From positions 3,228-67,227 of the forward strand of contig CAZSAT010000023.1 in NCBI GenBank assembly GCA_964604675.1: 64,000 nucleotides of DNA, in the 5' to 3' direction. The translations under genes and the position numbers were made by a program. The notes beneath the pieces were generated by a model. That model worked only from the letters and a program-made list of their open reading frames with translations, was not told where the DNA came from and made no database searches. This document shows positions 1-9,591 of this stretch, in pieces (position 1 is the stretch's first letter; each line of letters starts with the position of its first letter). This DNA comes from an uncultured Enterobacterales bacterium (GTDB lineage Bacteria; Myxococcota_A; UBA796; CAJQPC01).

Positions 1-476
1 TTGTTGCCGTCGCCCACGTAGGCGAGCTTCAGACCCTCCAGCCGGCCCTTCTTCTCACGGATGGTGAGCAGATCGGCGAGCACCTGGCAGGGGTGGAGCC
101 GATCGGACAGGCCGTTGATGACCGGCACCGTGGCGTGCTCCGCCAGGTCCACGAGATCGCTGTGCGCGAAGACCCGCGCCATGATGCCGTCGACGTAGCG
201 GCTGAGCACCTGGGCGGTGTCGGCGATGGTCTCACCACGGTGGAGCTGGATGTCGGTGGGACCGAGGTAGATCCCCTGGCCGCCAAGCTGGTAGATGCCG
301 GTCTGGAAGCTCACCCGGGTGCGCAGGGAGGGCTTCTGGAAGATCATCGCCAGGGTCTGCCCCGAACAGGCCTCCCGAAACGCGGCCGGATGAAGCTTCA
401 GATGACGGGCGAGGTCGAGGAGGTTGCGCAGCTCCTCCAGGGAGGTCTCGGCGAGACTGAGGAAGTGGCGAGCCAT
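1..476 (-). CDS. argF: Ornithine carbamoyltransferase, N-terminal part; runs off the window start
   Basis: Manual translation from ATG 476: [20 protein letters not shown]...[12 protein letters not shown]...[12 protein letters not shown]...YVGDGN, giving the carbamoyl-phosphate-binding SxRT and HPxQ motifs. Absent from the ORF track because there is no stop codon in the window. Confidence 0.9.
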   Translation of the reverse strand, partial: MARHFLSLAETSLEELRNLLDLARHLKLHPAAFREACSGQTLAMIFQKPSLRTRVSFQTGIYQLGGQGIYLGPTDIQLHRGETIADTAQVLSRYVDGIMARVFAHSDLVDLAEHATVPVINGLSDRLHPCQVLADLLTIREKKGRLEGLKLAYVGDGN

Positions 477-537
477 GGTGCCTCCAGACGCACCGTCCTA
501 TCCTGGTGGTAGCGTCGGGGCCGGCCGCGAGGTGCCC

Positions 538-729
538 ATGGAGATCACGCGTGAGCTCGTGCTCGAGTTCATCGAAGAGGACTCGAGCCTCTGGACCCTG
601 AAGCGGATCGAGATCGACGAGGTCATGCGGCTGTTGAAGGAGCTGCACCCGGGCGTCGAGGGCGAAGAAGAGCTCTTCGAGGCGCTCCTCGACGTGATGT
701 ACAAGACACGACCCACCGGTCCGATCTAG
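538..729 (+). CDS. Small acidic hypothetical protein (63 aa)
   Basis: ATG 538, typical GC3-rich codons, divergent from argF; no recognisable motif. Confidence 0.65.
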   Translation: MEITRELVLEFIEEDSSLWTLKRIEIDEVMRLLKELHPGVEGEEELFEALLDVMYKTRPTGPI

Positions 730-869
730 CTCGGCGCCGGCCCCAAGGGCACAGGCCGTCCCACGTCCACCGCGACGCCGGGCAGCCGTCGTAGCCCATG
801 GATGGGCCATCGAGCGCCGCGAGTCGGCCCTCACTGATAGACTTCGCAGCGCTGGTTGAGGATGCCCGC

Positions 870-2258
870 ATGAAGAAGTCCGAGAACATCCTGATCCTCG
901 GTCTGGGTGGACTCGGCCGGTACCTCGCCGGCCGCCTGTCCCACGAAGAACACCACGTCACCGTGATCGAACCCAACGCCGCCAAGATCCGGGCAGCCGA
1001 GGGGCAGCTCGACGCGCGGCTCATCTGTGGGGACGCCCTGGACTTCGACCGGTGGGCCGAGGCTGGCGCTGCAGAGATGGACTACGTCATCGCCGTCACC
1101 GACAACGACGCTGCGAACATCATGTCGGCGCTGATCGCGGAGCGCTTCGACATCGAACAGAAGATCGCCCGGGTGCGGTCGATGAAGGTCTGGGATCCCA
1201 GCGCCGTGCTGACCGCTGCCGACCTGAAGATCAACCTGGTGATCCGGCCGGAGGAGCTGGCTTCGCAGGAGATCGTGCACCTGTTGAAGACCCAGGCGGG
1301 CAACGTCCAGATCACCCTGGGCGGCGGCGACCTGCAGGTCGTTGCCACCCATGTGCACCGCACGTCTCGGTTGGCTCAGATGCGTGTGAAGGACATCTCC
1401 GACAAGCGCGACGAGTTCCCCTTCAAGGTCGTCTGCGTCGCCCGTGACATCGACACCTACATCCCCGGGGGTGACTTCACGATCCTGCCGGACGACCACG
1501 TGTTCGTGCTGGCGCACACCAGGGACATGGCGCGGCTGATGAAGCTCGCCGACGTGTCCGTGGCCCGAAGGCACGGCGTGCTCATCGTGGGCGGCGGGCT
1601 GATCGGGGCGCGGGTCGCGGAGCTGCTCGAGCCGCACTACACGGTGCGTCTGGTCGAGCGCGACGAGCATCGGGCCGAAGAACTGTGCTACCGGCTACGG
1701 CGCACCGAGGTACTGCATGGCGACGGGTCGGACTCGTCGGTGCTCCTCCAGGCGGGGCTCTTGAAGACCGACACCATCATCGCCACGACCGGCGACAACG
1801 AGGCCAACATCATGATCGGCGTGTTGGCCAAGCACCTGATCCAGACCCGGGCCGACGACGTTCAGGCCGCCATCGGGAAGACCATCGCGCTGGTCAAGCG
1901 AACGGACTACCTGGTGCTCGCGTCGGCCATGGGCGCCGACCTGGCGGTGAACCGGAAGATCCTGGCAGCCAACCACATCCTCCGGTACATCCGCCGCGGG
2001 CACGTCCTGTCTGTGGCCCACCTCCACGGCTGCGACGCAGAGCTGGTCGAGCTGCTGGCCGGCGCCGACTCGCCGATCACGCGCAGCCCCCTTCATGAGC
2101 TGACCCACCTCCGCGACCGAATCATGGTCGGCGCCCTGTACCGCGACGGCGCGTGGTCCGTGGCCGGAGGCGGCACGCAGATCCGGACTGGCGATCGGGT
2201 GGTGTGCATCTCGAGACCGGACGACCTCAGAGAGCTCCAGCGGTTGTTCCTCGCATGA
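870..2258 (+). CDS. trkA: Trk K+ uptake NAD-binding subunit
   Basis: Two RCK_N Rossmann motifs (ILGLGGLG, IVGGGLIG) alternating with RCK_C domains, directly upstream of trkH. Start chosen at ATG 870; ORF track gives 798. Confidence 0.93.
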   Translation: MKKSENILILGLGGLGRYLAGRLSHEEHHVTVIEPNAAKIRAAEGQLDARLICGDALDFDRWAEAGAAEMDYVIAVTDNDAANIMSALIAERFDIEQKIARVRSMKVWDPSAVLTAADLKINLVIRPEELASQEIVHLLKTQAGNVQITLGGGDLQVVATHVHRTSRLAQMRVKDISDKRDEFPFKVVCVARDIDTYIPGGDFTILPDDHVFVLAHTRDMARLMKLADVSVARRHGVLIVGGGLIGARVAELLEPHYTVRLVERDEHRAEELCYRLRRTEVLHGDGSDSSVLLQAGLLKTDTIIATTGDNEANIMIGVLAKHLIQTRADDVQAAIGKTIALVKRTDYLVLASAMGADLAVNRKILAANHILRYIRRGHVLSVAHLHGCDAELVELLAGADSPITRSPLHELTHLRDRIMVGALYRDGAWSVAGGGTQIRTGDRVVCISRPDDLRELQRLFLA

Positions 2259-2259
2259 G

Positions 2260-3750
2260 ATGCCCATGAGTGTGTGGCGGCATCCGTGGGTCAGGCGGGC
2301 GAGCTCGATCGCGTACGTGATGGGCGCGCTGCTGTCGGTGATCGCAGCGTCCATGCTGTTGCCCATCGTCGCCGCCACGATCTACGGCGAGGGAGATCTC
2401 GGGGCCCTCGTCACCGCGGCCGTGGCGATTGTCTCGATCGGCGGCCCGCTGTGGTGGTTCTTCCGCCGAGCGGACGACCTGACCCCACGCGATGCGGTGG
2501 TGGTCGCCGTGTTCGGGTGGGTCATCATCTCGGCGGTGTCCACGCTTCCGTTCCTCTTCTACGGAGCGATCCCATCGTTCACGGATGCCTTCTTCGAGAT
2601 GATGTCCGGGTACACGACGACCGGCTCGACCATCCTCACCGACGTCGAGGCCCTACCGAGAGGTCTGCTGCTCTGGCGCTCGGAGACCCACCTGCTCGGG
2701 GGCATGGGCTTCGTCACGCTCGCCATCCTGGTCCTTCCGCACGGCCTCGGCGGCCTGCGGCTGTTCCGAGCGGAGTCGAGCCCCGGGCAGGTCATCACGC
2801 GGGAACGGTTCCTGGCGCGGAACCGGGACGCGATCTACTGGCTGTGGGGGATCTACGTGGCGCTCAACGCCATGCAGGTGGTCTTGCTGTGCGCCGGGAG
2901 CATGTCCCTCTTCGACGCGCTGTGCCACGCCTTTGGAACGATCTCCACGTCGGGGTACTCGCCCTACAACGACAGCCTGGGCCACTTCGACAGCGCCTGG
3001 TTCGACTGGGTGACCATCGTGTTCATGGTGCTGGGTGGCGTCACCTTCACGCTGTTCTACTTCGCGCTCCAGGGCGAGTGGAGGCACCTCCGGATCAACA
3101 CGGAACTGCGCTGGTACGTCGGGTTCCTGGCCTTCTTCTGCGGTGCGGTGTCGCTGATTCTCTGGCACACGGGGACCTACGAAGAGCCGCTAGGAGCGCT
3201 GCGGTTCGGCACCTTCCACGTGGTCTCGCTCCTCACCACGACGGGATTCAGCACCGCCGACTACGAGCAGTGGCCCCAGTCGGCCCAGATGCTCCTCTAC
3301 GGGGTGTGCTTCATCGGGGCGTGTGCGGGCTCGACGGCCAGCGGCATCAAGATCGTGCACTTCGTGATCATCTTCCGGTTCATGGCGGCCGTGGTGAAGA
3401 AGCTCTTCTTCCAGCCACTCGCGGTGGTGTCGGTGCGGCTCAACCGGCAGCGCATCGACCCGATGCTGATCAACCTGGCGCTCTGCTACTTCGTCGTGAA
3501 CATCTTCATGGTGCTCGGCGGGGGCTGCGTGATGACGCTGCTCGACGACATGGACTTCACGTCCGCGATGAGCGCCGTCATCGCGACGCTGATGAACATC
3601 GGACCAGGCTTCGGCGAAGTGGGGCCGAGCAAGACCTTCGCCTTCATCTCCCCCGCGGGGAAGTGGTACCTCTCCTTCAACATGCTCGTGGGTCGGCTCG
3701 AGATGTTCTCTGCGCTGGTGCTCTTCTACCCCTCCTTCTGGCGCGCCTGA
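2260..3750 (+). CDS. trkH: Trk K+ uptake membrane subunit
   Basis: Multi-TM protein with filter motifs SGYTTTG, STSGY, TTTGF, NIGPG and C-terminal GRLE. Confidence 0.95.
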   Translation: MPMSVWRHPWVRRASSIAYVMGALLSVIAASMLLPIVAATIYGEGDLGALVTAAVAIVSIGGPLWWFFRRADDLTPRDAVVVAVFGWVIISAVSTLPFLFYGAIPSFTDAFFEMMSGYTTTGSTILTDVEALPRGLLLWRSETHLLGGMGFVTLAILVLPHGLGGLRLFRAESSPGQVITRERFLARNRDAIYWLWGIYVALNAMQVVLLCAGSMSLFDALCHAFGTISTSGYSPYNDSLGHFDSAWFDWVTIVFMVLGGVTFTLFYFALQGEWRHLRINTELRWYVGFLAFFCGAVSLILWHTGTYEEPLGALRFGTFHVVSLLTTTGFSTADYEQWPQSAQMLLYGVCFIGACAGSTASGIKIVHFVIIFRFMAAVVKKLFFQPLAVVSVRLNRQRIDPMLINLALCYFVVNIFMVLGGGCVMTLLDDMDFTSAMSAVIATLMNIGPGFGEVGPSKTFAFISPAGKWYLSFNMLVGRLEMFSALVLFYPSFWRA

Positions 3751-3751
3751 C

Positions 3752-5818
3752 TTGATCCTGTGGTTGGCCTGCAGCACCCCCGATGCGACCGACGCACTCC
3801 ACGCGCCGGAAGAGACCGCCGCGCCGGAGCCCTCGGGTGAGACGGGCGACACGGCGCTTCGCACCGATCTGACCGTCGCCGTCACGCTCGACGGCCAGCC
3901 GGTCGCCGACGTCGTCGTGATGCAAGCGGGCGCATCGAGCCACGTGACCACCGACGGCACCGGCGTCGCAGAGCTCACGCTCGACCCCGAGGTGCCCGGC
4001 GAGCGCTTCGTGGTCGCCTCGCACCCGGAAGCCCGGCAGGGCTGGGACTATGTGCCCTCGACGGGCGATCTGAGCCTGGCGCTCAGCCGCTACGACACCT
4101 CCGACAACGCCGACTACAGCTTCGATCCCCCCGGCGTCGACGGCACGCTGACGGGTTCGCCGACCACGGACTACTGCGGACATTGTCACAAGCCCTTCAT
4201 CGAGGAGTTCGTGACGTCGATGCACAACGATGCCGCCAGCGACGTGCAGGTGCAGGACCTCTACGCCGGCGTGGCCACCAGCCGCGACGAGGCCAGCTGC
4301 GAGAGCGTGGGGGGCGCCTGGCGGACGGGGCTCGAGCCTGGCACCAGGGCGGCGCTCGAGCGCTGCTACGTGGGTCACGGCGTGCTGCCCGATCTCAACG
4401 AGAGCTGTGGTGAGAGCACCCCCTGCGACGCGGTCGCCACCGCGTTTGGAGGTTGCGCCGACTGCCACGCCCCAGGCATCGACGGCGAGCTGGGGGGGCG
4501 TGACCTGCTGGAGGCCACCGGCACGTCCTTCGATCACGGCGTGCACTGCGACGTCTGCCACAAGGTCGAGTCGATCGACACCGACGGAGCACCGGGCGTG
4601 GGGGGGTGGTTGCGGCTGCTCCGGCCCTCCGAGAAGAGCCCCACCCCAGCGTTCGACTACCTCCCGCTGACCTTCTGCCCCTCGCACGACTCTCCGAACG
4701 TGCGCATGGGCTGCGTACAGCGCGACCACTTCCAGGAAGCCGGCTTCTGTGGAGGCTGCCACCAGCTCGATCAGGGCGCGCTCGTGCCGGGGGCCTCCCT
4801 CGACGAGGCTCGCTGGCCCGAGGGCACGCTCCCGGTGCACTCCACCTACGCCGAGTGGCTGGCCGGCCCCTACGCCGACGCGGCTGCGTGCCAGAGCTGC
4901 CACATGCCGCCGGCGCCCGAGCTGCAGAACTCGCTGGACCTCGGCGACTCGCTCGAGGGGGAGCCCGGCTACGTGAACGGTGTCGCCCGTGATCCCGGTA
5001 CGGTTCGACACCACTACTGGCCGGGCGCCTGGCATCCCGACAGCGCGTTGCTGGACCTCGCCGCGCAGGTGGAGGTGGAGGTGGAGCAGGGCGACGAACT
5101 GCTCGTCGCGGTCACCACCAAGAACATCGGCCCCGGGCACGCCCTGCCAACCGGCGAGCCCTTGCGACACCTCGTGCTCACGGTCTCCGCCGCGTGTGGC
5201 GGCGAGCCGCTCGAGGCGACCGGCGGCGACGTGGTGTGGGACGTCGGTGGTGGCGAGCGTCGGGCGGCCGGCGACGACTGGCAGATCTGGCCGGCCGCGG
5301 CCGTGGGCGATGTGCTCACCGTCGTGAGCGTGTCGGGTTGGCACGACTACACCGGGCACGGTCGCTTTGGCGACGGGAGCTTCAGCGAGGAGGAGCGCGG
5401 GCTGCCCGACGAGGACCTGGTGGGGTCGTCGACCATCACCTCGGTCGACGACGACGGACGCGTCGAGCTGGACGCCGAGCTGCCGGAAGGCGATGCGATC
5501 TACCGCAGCGAGGCCTGGTCGGCGCCGGCCGATGGCCAGACCAGCCTCGATCGCGCCGGCCAGCCTGGCTTCGCGTTCGCCCGCGTGCTCGTCGACGAGC
5601 AGGGCGAGCGCATGGTGCCGCACCATCGCGCCACGGACGTGGCGGTCGACAACCGCCTCTTGCCCATGCACGACTGGACGAGCGAGCACCGCTTCGAGGG
5701 CGGCTGCGACGATCCGTCGGTGGAGGCGGCGCTGCTCTACAGGAGGTGGCCATCGGCACTGGCCGAGCAGCGGGGGTGGGAGGCCACGGATCGCCTGATG
5801 GCGGTGGGGGTGAGGTGA
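3752..5818 (+). CDS. Pentaheme c-type cytochrome, putative lipoprotein (c554-like family)
   Basis: Five CxxCH motifs: CGHCH, CADCH, CDVCH, CGGCH, CQSCH. TTG start with MILWLAC N-terminus and a long C-terminal non-heme region. Confidence 0.85.
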   Translation: MILWLACSTPDATDALHAPEETAAPEPSGETGDTALRTDLTVAVTLDGQPVADVVVMQAGASSHVTTDGTGVAELTLDPEVPGERFVVASHPEARQGWDYVPSTGDLSLALSRYDTSDNADYSFDPPGVDGTLTGSPTTDYCGHCHKPFIEEFVTSMHNDAASDVQVQDLYAGVATSRDEASCESVGGAWRTGLEPGTRAALERCYVGHGVLPDLNESCGESTPCDAVATAFGGCADCHAPGIDGELGGRDLLEATGTSFDHGVHCDVCHKVESIDTDGAPGVGGWLRLLRPSEKSPTPAFDYLPLTFCPSHDSPNVRMGCVQRDHFQEAGFCGGCHQLDQGALVPGASLDEARWPEGTLPVHSTYAEWLAGPYADAAACQSCHMPPAPELQNSLDLGDSLEGEPGYVNGVARDPGTVRHHYWPGAWHPDSALLDLAAQVEVEVEQGDELLVAVTTKNIGPGHALPTGEPLRHLVLTVSAACGGEPLEATGGDVVWDVGGGERRAAGDDWQIWPAAAVGDVLTVVSVSGWHDYTGHGRFGDGSFSEEERGLPDEDLVGSSTITSVDDDGRVELDAELPEGDAIYRSEAWSAPADGQTSLDRAGQPGFAFARVLVDEQGERMVPHHRATDVAVDNRLLPMHDWTSEHRFEGGCDDPSVEAALLYRRWPSALAEQRGWEATDRLMAVGVR

Positions 5819-7170
5819 TGCCGTGGTGGTGGTGGTTCGCGTGCACGGAGCCGGACGCTCCGACCGAGTCGGTCGACACCGACGTGGTCGTCGACAGCCC
5901 CACCGTCGACTCGGACGCCGACGATCGGGCCTGGCTCGAGCAGCCGCCCGAGGCCGCCGACCTGGACGAAGACCCGGACGTCGTGCACGTCCAGCTGACC
6001 GCCGCGCCCTTCGTGCACGACATCGGCGGCGAAGCGGTCGAGGGCTACGCCTACTCCGGCAGCACACCGGGCCCCACCCTTCGAGGTGAGGTGGGCGACA
6101 CCTTGATCGTCGAGCTGCAGAACGACCTCCCGGACGCCACCACCATCCACTGGCACGGGCTCGAGGTGCCCTACGACATGGACGGCGTGACCTGGCAGCG
6201 GGACCCCGTGGCCGCTGGCGGGAGCTTCACGTACAGCTTCACCCTCACGAAGGCGGGCACCTATTGGTACCACCCCCACTTCGACTCCAACGAGCAGGTG
6301 AGCCGAGGCCTGTACGGGGTGCTGGTCGTCGAGGACCCGTCAGACCCGGCCCCGGCGCAGGAGCTGATCCTCGTGCTCGACGACTGGTTGCTGGCCGAGC
6401 TCGCCGACGACGAAGGGGTGCACGGCGACCACGGTCTGGAGGGTGTCTGGACCTCGAACGGGCAGATCTCGCCACGGTGGGAGGCGCCGGACGGGGTCAC
6501 ACGCGTGCGCATCCTCAACGCATCGAACGCTGGTTACGTGAAGCTCGCGTGGCCGTCGATGCGGGTGCTGGGCACCGAGCGCGGGATCGGTGGAGGCCTG
6601 ACCACGCCGGACTCGCTGGTGCTCGGACCCGGCGACCGAGCCGAAGCGGAGTGGCTCGGTGGGGACTTCCTCGTCGAGGATCATCCCTACTCCCTGCACG
6701 GCGGAGAGGCCTACGGCGAGGTGGCCGAGGTGCTGCTGGTCGAGGGAGCAGCGCTCGACGACGACGGCCTGGCCTGGCCCTTCCACGGCGAGGCGCCAAC
6801 TCCGGATCCAGGGCGAACCGACATCGTGTACGTCTTCTCGGGGGACGCCGGCGAGTGGTTCATCAACGGGGAGCAGTTCCCGGACGTGACCATCGAAGAG
6901 CTGATCCTCGGCGACGAGGTGGTCATCGAGGTGCGGAACCTGTCGCCGACTCGGCACCCCTTCCACCTGCACGGCCTGACCTTCGAGGTGCTCTCGAGCG
7001 CGGGCACGCCGCCCGCCTGGCGGTCGCGCCAGGACACTGTCGACGTCGGCGTGCACGAGGCCGTGCGGCTGCTCGTGACAGCGAACAACCCCGGCGACTG
7101 GATGACCCACTGCCACATCCTTCCCCACGCGGAGCAGGGCATGATGACCGTCTTGCGCGTGGCCGAGTAG
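5818..7170 (+). CDS. Multicopper oxidase, putative lipoprotein
   Basis: HWHG, WYHPH, HPFHLHG and HCHILPHAEQGM copper motifs; TGATG overlap with the upstream cytochrome; N-terminus MPWWWWFAC. Confidence 0.92.
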   Translation: MPWWWWFACTEPDAPTESVDTDVVVDSPTVDSDADDRAWLEQPPEAADLDEDPDVVHVQLTAAPFVHDIGGEAVEGYAYSGSTPGPTLRGEVGDTLIVELQNDLPDATTIHWHGLEVPYDMDGVTWQRDPVAAGGSFTYSFTLTKAGTYWYHPHFDSNEQVSRGLYGVLVVEDPSDPAPAQELILVLDDWLLAELADDEGVHGDHGLEGVWTSNGQISPRWEAPDGVTRVRILNASNAGYVKLAWPSMRVLGTERGIGGGLTTPDSLVLGPGDRAEAEWLGGDFLVEDHPYSLHGGEAYGEVAEVLLVEGAALDDDGLAWPFHGEAPTPDPGRTDIVYVFSGDAGEWFINGEQFPDVTIEELILGDEVVIEVRNLSPTRHPFHLHGLTFEVLSSAGTPPAWRSRQDTVDVGVHEAVRLLVTANNPGDWMTHCHILPHAEQGMMTVLRVAE

Positions 7171-7296
7171 CGTGCGTTCGGCCGGTAAGCGCTCCTTGAC
7201 GCGGGCCCGAGGGGGGCCCCCGTGGTACGGGCAGCACGCCCAGCGGCGCTCCTCCCCGCGCGCTTGGTTCAAGCGATCGTCTCCATCGGAGTCACC

Positions 7297-8415
7297 ATGC
7301 TGACCTTGCACCTCCTGGCGGTCCAGGCAGCCCCCGTCCGACTGGAGCTGCCGTCAGGTCCATCCGCCATGGCCCCCTCCTGGGCGGTCGACGGCGGCCG
7401 CCTCTGGCTGAGCTGGATCGAGCCGGGCGAGGAGGGTGGCCGGCTGCGCCTTGCGAGCTTCGATGGTCGCGGTTTCGGCGAGCCCGTGACGGTGGTCGAT
7501 CGGCAGGATCTGCTGACGAACTGGGCCGACTTCCCCAGCTTTGCCCGGGGAGGCGACGGACAACTCTACGGCTGGTATCCGAAGCTGATCGACCCCGCGA
7601 CGTACGCCTACGACGCGGTCCTGCTTCGCTCGCCCGACGGCCTGTCGTGGACGGAACTCGGGCCCCTCCATGCCGATGGCGTCCCGGCAGAGCACGGCTT
7701 CGTCTCGCTCGTGGCAGCCCCCGAGGGCGTGCGCGCCTGGTGGCTCGACGGCCGCGAGGTCTCCGGCGGCGGTGCCACGGCGCTGCGGACCAGGCTCGGC
7801 AACGGCCCCGAGGAGGTTGCCGATCCGAGGGTCTGCGACTGCTGCGGAACGGCAGCCGTGGAAGGTCTGGTGTTGTACCGGGACCGTTCCGACGAGGAGA
7901 TCCGCGACGTCGCCTGGGCCGCGCCCGGCGACGGTGGATGGTCGGGGGCCCCGCTCGCAGGGCAGGGTTGGACCATCGCCGGCTGTCCGGTGAACGGCCC
8001 CGCGCTGGCCGAAGGGCCCTCCGGCTACGCCGCAGCCTGGTACACGCAAGCCGAGGCCCCGACGGTGTGGAGCGCCATCGGCCCTGACCCAGCCACGTGG
8101 ACTCCGGTGCTGGTCGACTCGGAGACCAGAGGACGACGCCCATTGGGCCGCGTCGATGTCGCCTGGAAGGGCGATCGAGCAGTCGTCGCGTGGCTCCGCG
8201 AAGAGGGTGATCAGGCGGTGGTCCTCGTTCGGACCCTGTCGACCGCCACTGGACTCGGCCCCGAAGTGGAGGTGGGGCGCACGGCCGCCAACCGTTCCGC
8301 TGGGTTTCCTCGACTGGCCCTGCTGGGAGAGCATGTGTTCCTGGCGTGGACGGACGTGCAAGGCGACGAGGTGTCGCTGGCGCTCGCCCGTCTGGAACTC
8401 GACGAGCTCGACTGA
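7297..8415 (+). CDS. Secreted hypothetical protein, BNR/beta-propeller-like, with CxCC and GCP motifs
   Basis: Signal-like N-terminus, motifs NWADFP, VCDCCGT and WTIAGCPVNGP, repeated W-containing beta-strands. Fold and metal binding are inferred. Confidence 0.7.
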   Translation: MLTLHLLAVQAAPVRLELPSGPSAMAPSWAVDGGRLWLSWIEPGEEGGRLRLASFDGRGFGEPVTVVDRQDLLTNWADFPSFARGGDGQLYGWYPKLIDPATYAYDAVLLRSPDGLSWTELGPLHADGVPAEHGFVSLVAAPEGVRAWWLDGREVSGGGATALRTRLGNGPEEVADPRVCDCCGTAAVEGLVLYRDRSDEEIRDVAWAAPGDGGWSGAPLAGQGWTIAGCPVNGPALAEGPSGYAAAWYTQAEAPTVWSAIGPDPATWTPVLVDSETRGRRPLGRVDVAWKGDRAVVAWLREEGDQAVVLVRTLSTATGLGPEVEVGRTAANRSAGFPRLALLGEHVFLAWTDVQGDEVSLALARLELDELD

Positions 8416-8427
8416 GCGGAGGACGAC

Positions 8428-8931
8428 ATGAAGAAGGACCCCTCACGCCGCATGACGTGTGCGCGGATGGCTGCGCTGGTCACCCTCACCGGGTGCGGGC
8501 GGCGTCGGCGCGACGAGACCCCCGAGCAGGACGAGGACGACACGGGCTTCGGCGCCCCCATCACCGAGGGGGACACGGGCGGTCGCGCCGACACGGGAGG
8601 GGCTTCGACCGAGATCTTCTTCTCCTACGCCGACCACCCGGGTCTCAGCGAGCCGGACGGCTGGGCACTCGGGCACAACTCCACGGGGCTCGAGGTGCTG
8701 CTCCACAACGACCCTGACCAGGGGCTCTTCGCGAACTTTGGACTCTGCACGCACGAGTGGTGCCCCACCGAGTTCGATGCGAAGCTTCTGGAGCATGTGT
8801 GCGAGTGCCACGGTTCGCGCTTCGATCTGCACGGCGACGTGGTCATCGGCCCTGCGGCGACGCCGCTCACGCGGCCGGAGATCCGGGTCACGAAGGACGG
8901 CGTGTACGTCGAGCTCGGTTCCTGGGCCTGA
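8428..8931 (+). CDS. Stand-alone Rieske [2Fe-2S] protein, putative Tat lipoprotein
   Basis: Box 1 CTHEWC and box 2 CECHGSRF; SRR near the N-terminus and LTGC lipobox. Confidence 0.85.
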   Translation: MKKDPSRRMTCARMAALVTLTGCGRRRRDETPEQDEDDTGFGAPITEGDTGGRADTGGASTEIFFSYADHPGLSEPDGWALGHNSTGLEVLLHNDPDQGLFANFGLCTHEWCPTEFDAKLLEHVCECHGSRFDLHGDVVIGPAATPLTRPEIRVTKDGVYVELGSWA

Positions 8932-9007
8932 GCGTCGAGCGCGTCGACCACGGGTCGCACCTCGGTCGTCGACACCAGCGAGCAGAGCGTGGAGCCGACC
9001 TCGCCGC

Positions 9008-9439
9008 TCAGTGCTGGTAGGAGGGGTCGTCATCCCCGAAGGTCACGCGCAACCACGCCGAGACGTCTGCCAGCTCCTGACCTCCGTACCCACTCGACGC
9101 CATGCTCTCGGAGCCGGCGACGATCACGAACATCAGCGCCTCGTCGGTGTGCCCGGGGACGTGCGGCCTCGTGGTCGAGATCGACGTCGCCATTGACGAT
9201 CCAACTGACCGCGCCTTCGTCGTTGGCGTAGCCGTCGAGCTTGTGACCTCCAGGGCATGGGCCCGGAAGTAGCCGTCGTAGGTCCAGACGCTCGTCTCGG
9301 TGCCGTCCAGGATCTCGAGGTCGACCTCCGTGGCGGTCATCGACTGTTGGGTGACGGCCTCAGCCGGATCCTCGCCCGGCGCGTCGTAGAGATCCCAGTG
9401 GTTGGTTGTCGCCACCTCGGTGGCGGTGCAAGCGGGCAA
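9008..9439 (-). CDS. Hypothetical protein, probably carrying compensating frameshifts
   Basis: Coding-like codons at both ends, but 9165-9243 reads as typical codons only in another frame (KLDGYANDEGAVSWIVNGDVDLDHE). Start uncertain. Confidence 0.45.
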   Translation of the reverse strand: MPACTATEVATTNHWDLYDAPGEDPAEAVTQQSMTATEVDLEILDGTETSVWTYDGYFRAHALEVTSSTATPTTKARSVGSSMATSISTTRPHVPGHTDEALMFVIVAGSESMASSGYGGQELADVSAWLRVTFGDDDPSYQH

Positions 9440-9591
9440 GAAGTGCGGTCACGGTGGCTCCACGAGAAGCACCGCCAGCCAACGGCACGCTTGCACGGGC
9501 GGCTACATGGCGCCAACCCTGTCGACCGGGGGCGACACGCACCGAGGCTGCGCGACCCCAGCGTCGGGCGTCCACGCACCAGAGGGCGTCC

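Noticed and set aside
5824-5835. (TGG)4 as a phase-variable repeat in the MCO
   Set aside because: Too short and in-frame; explained as a Trp run in the signal peptide.
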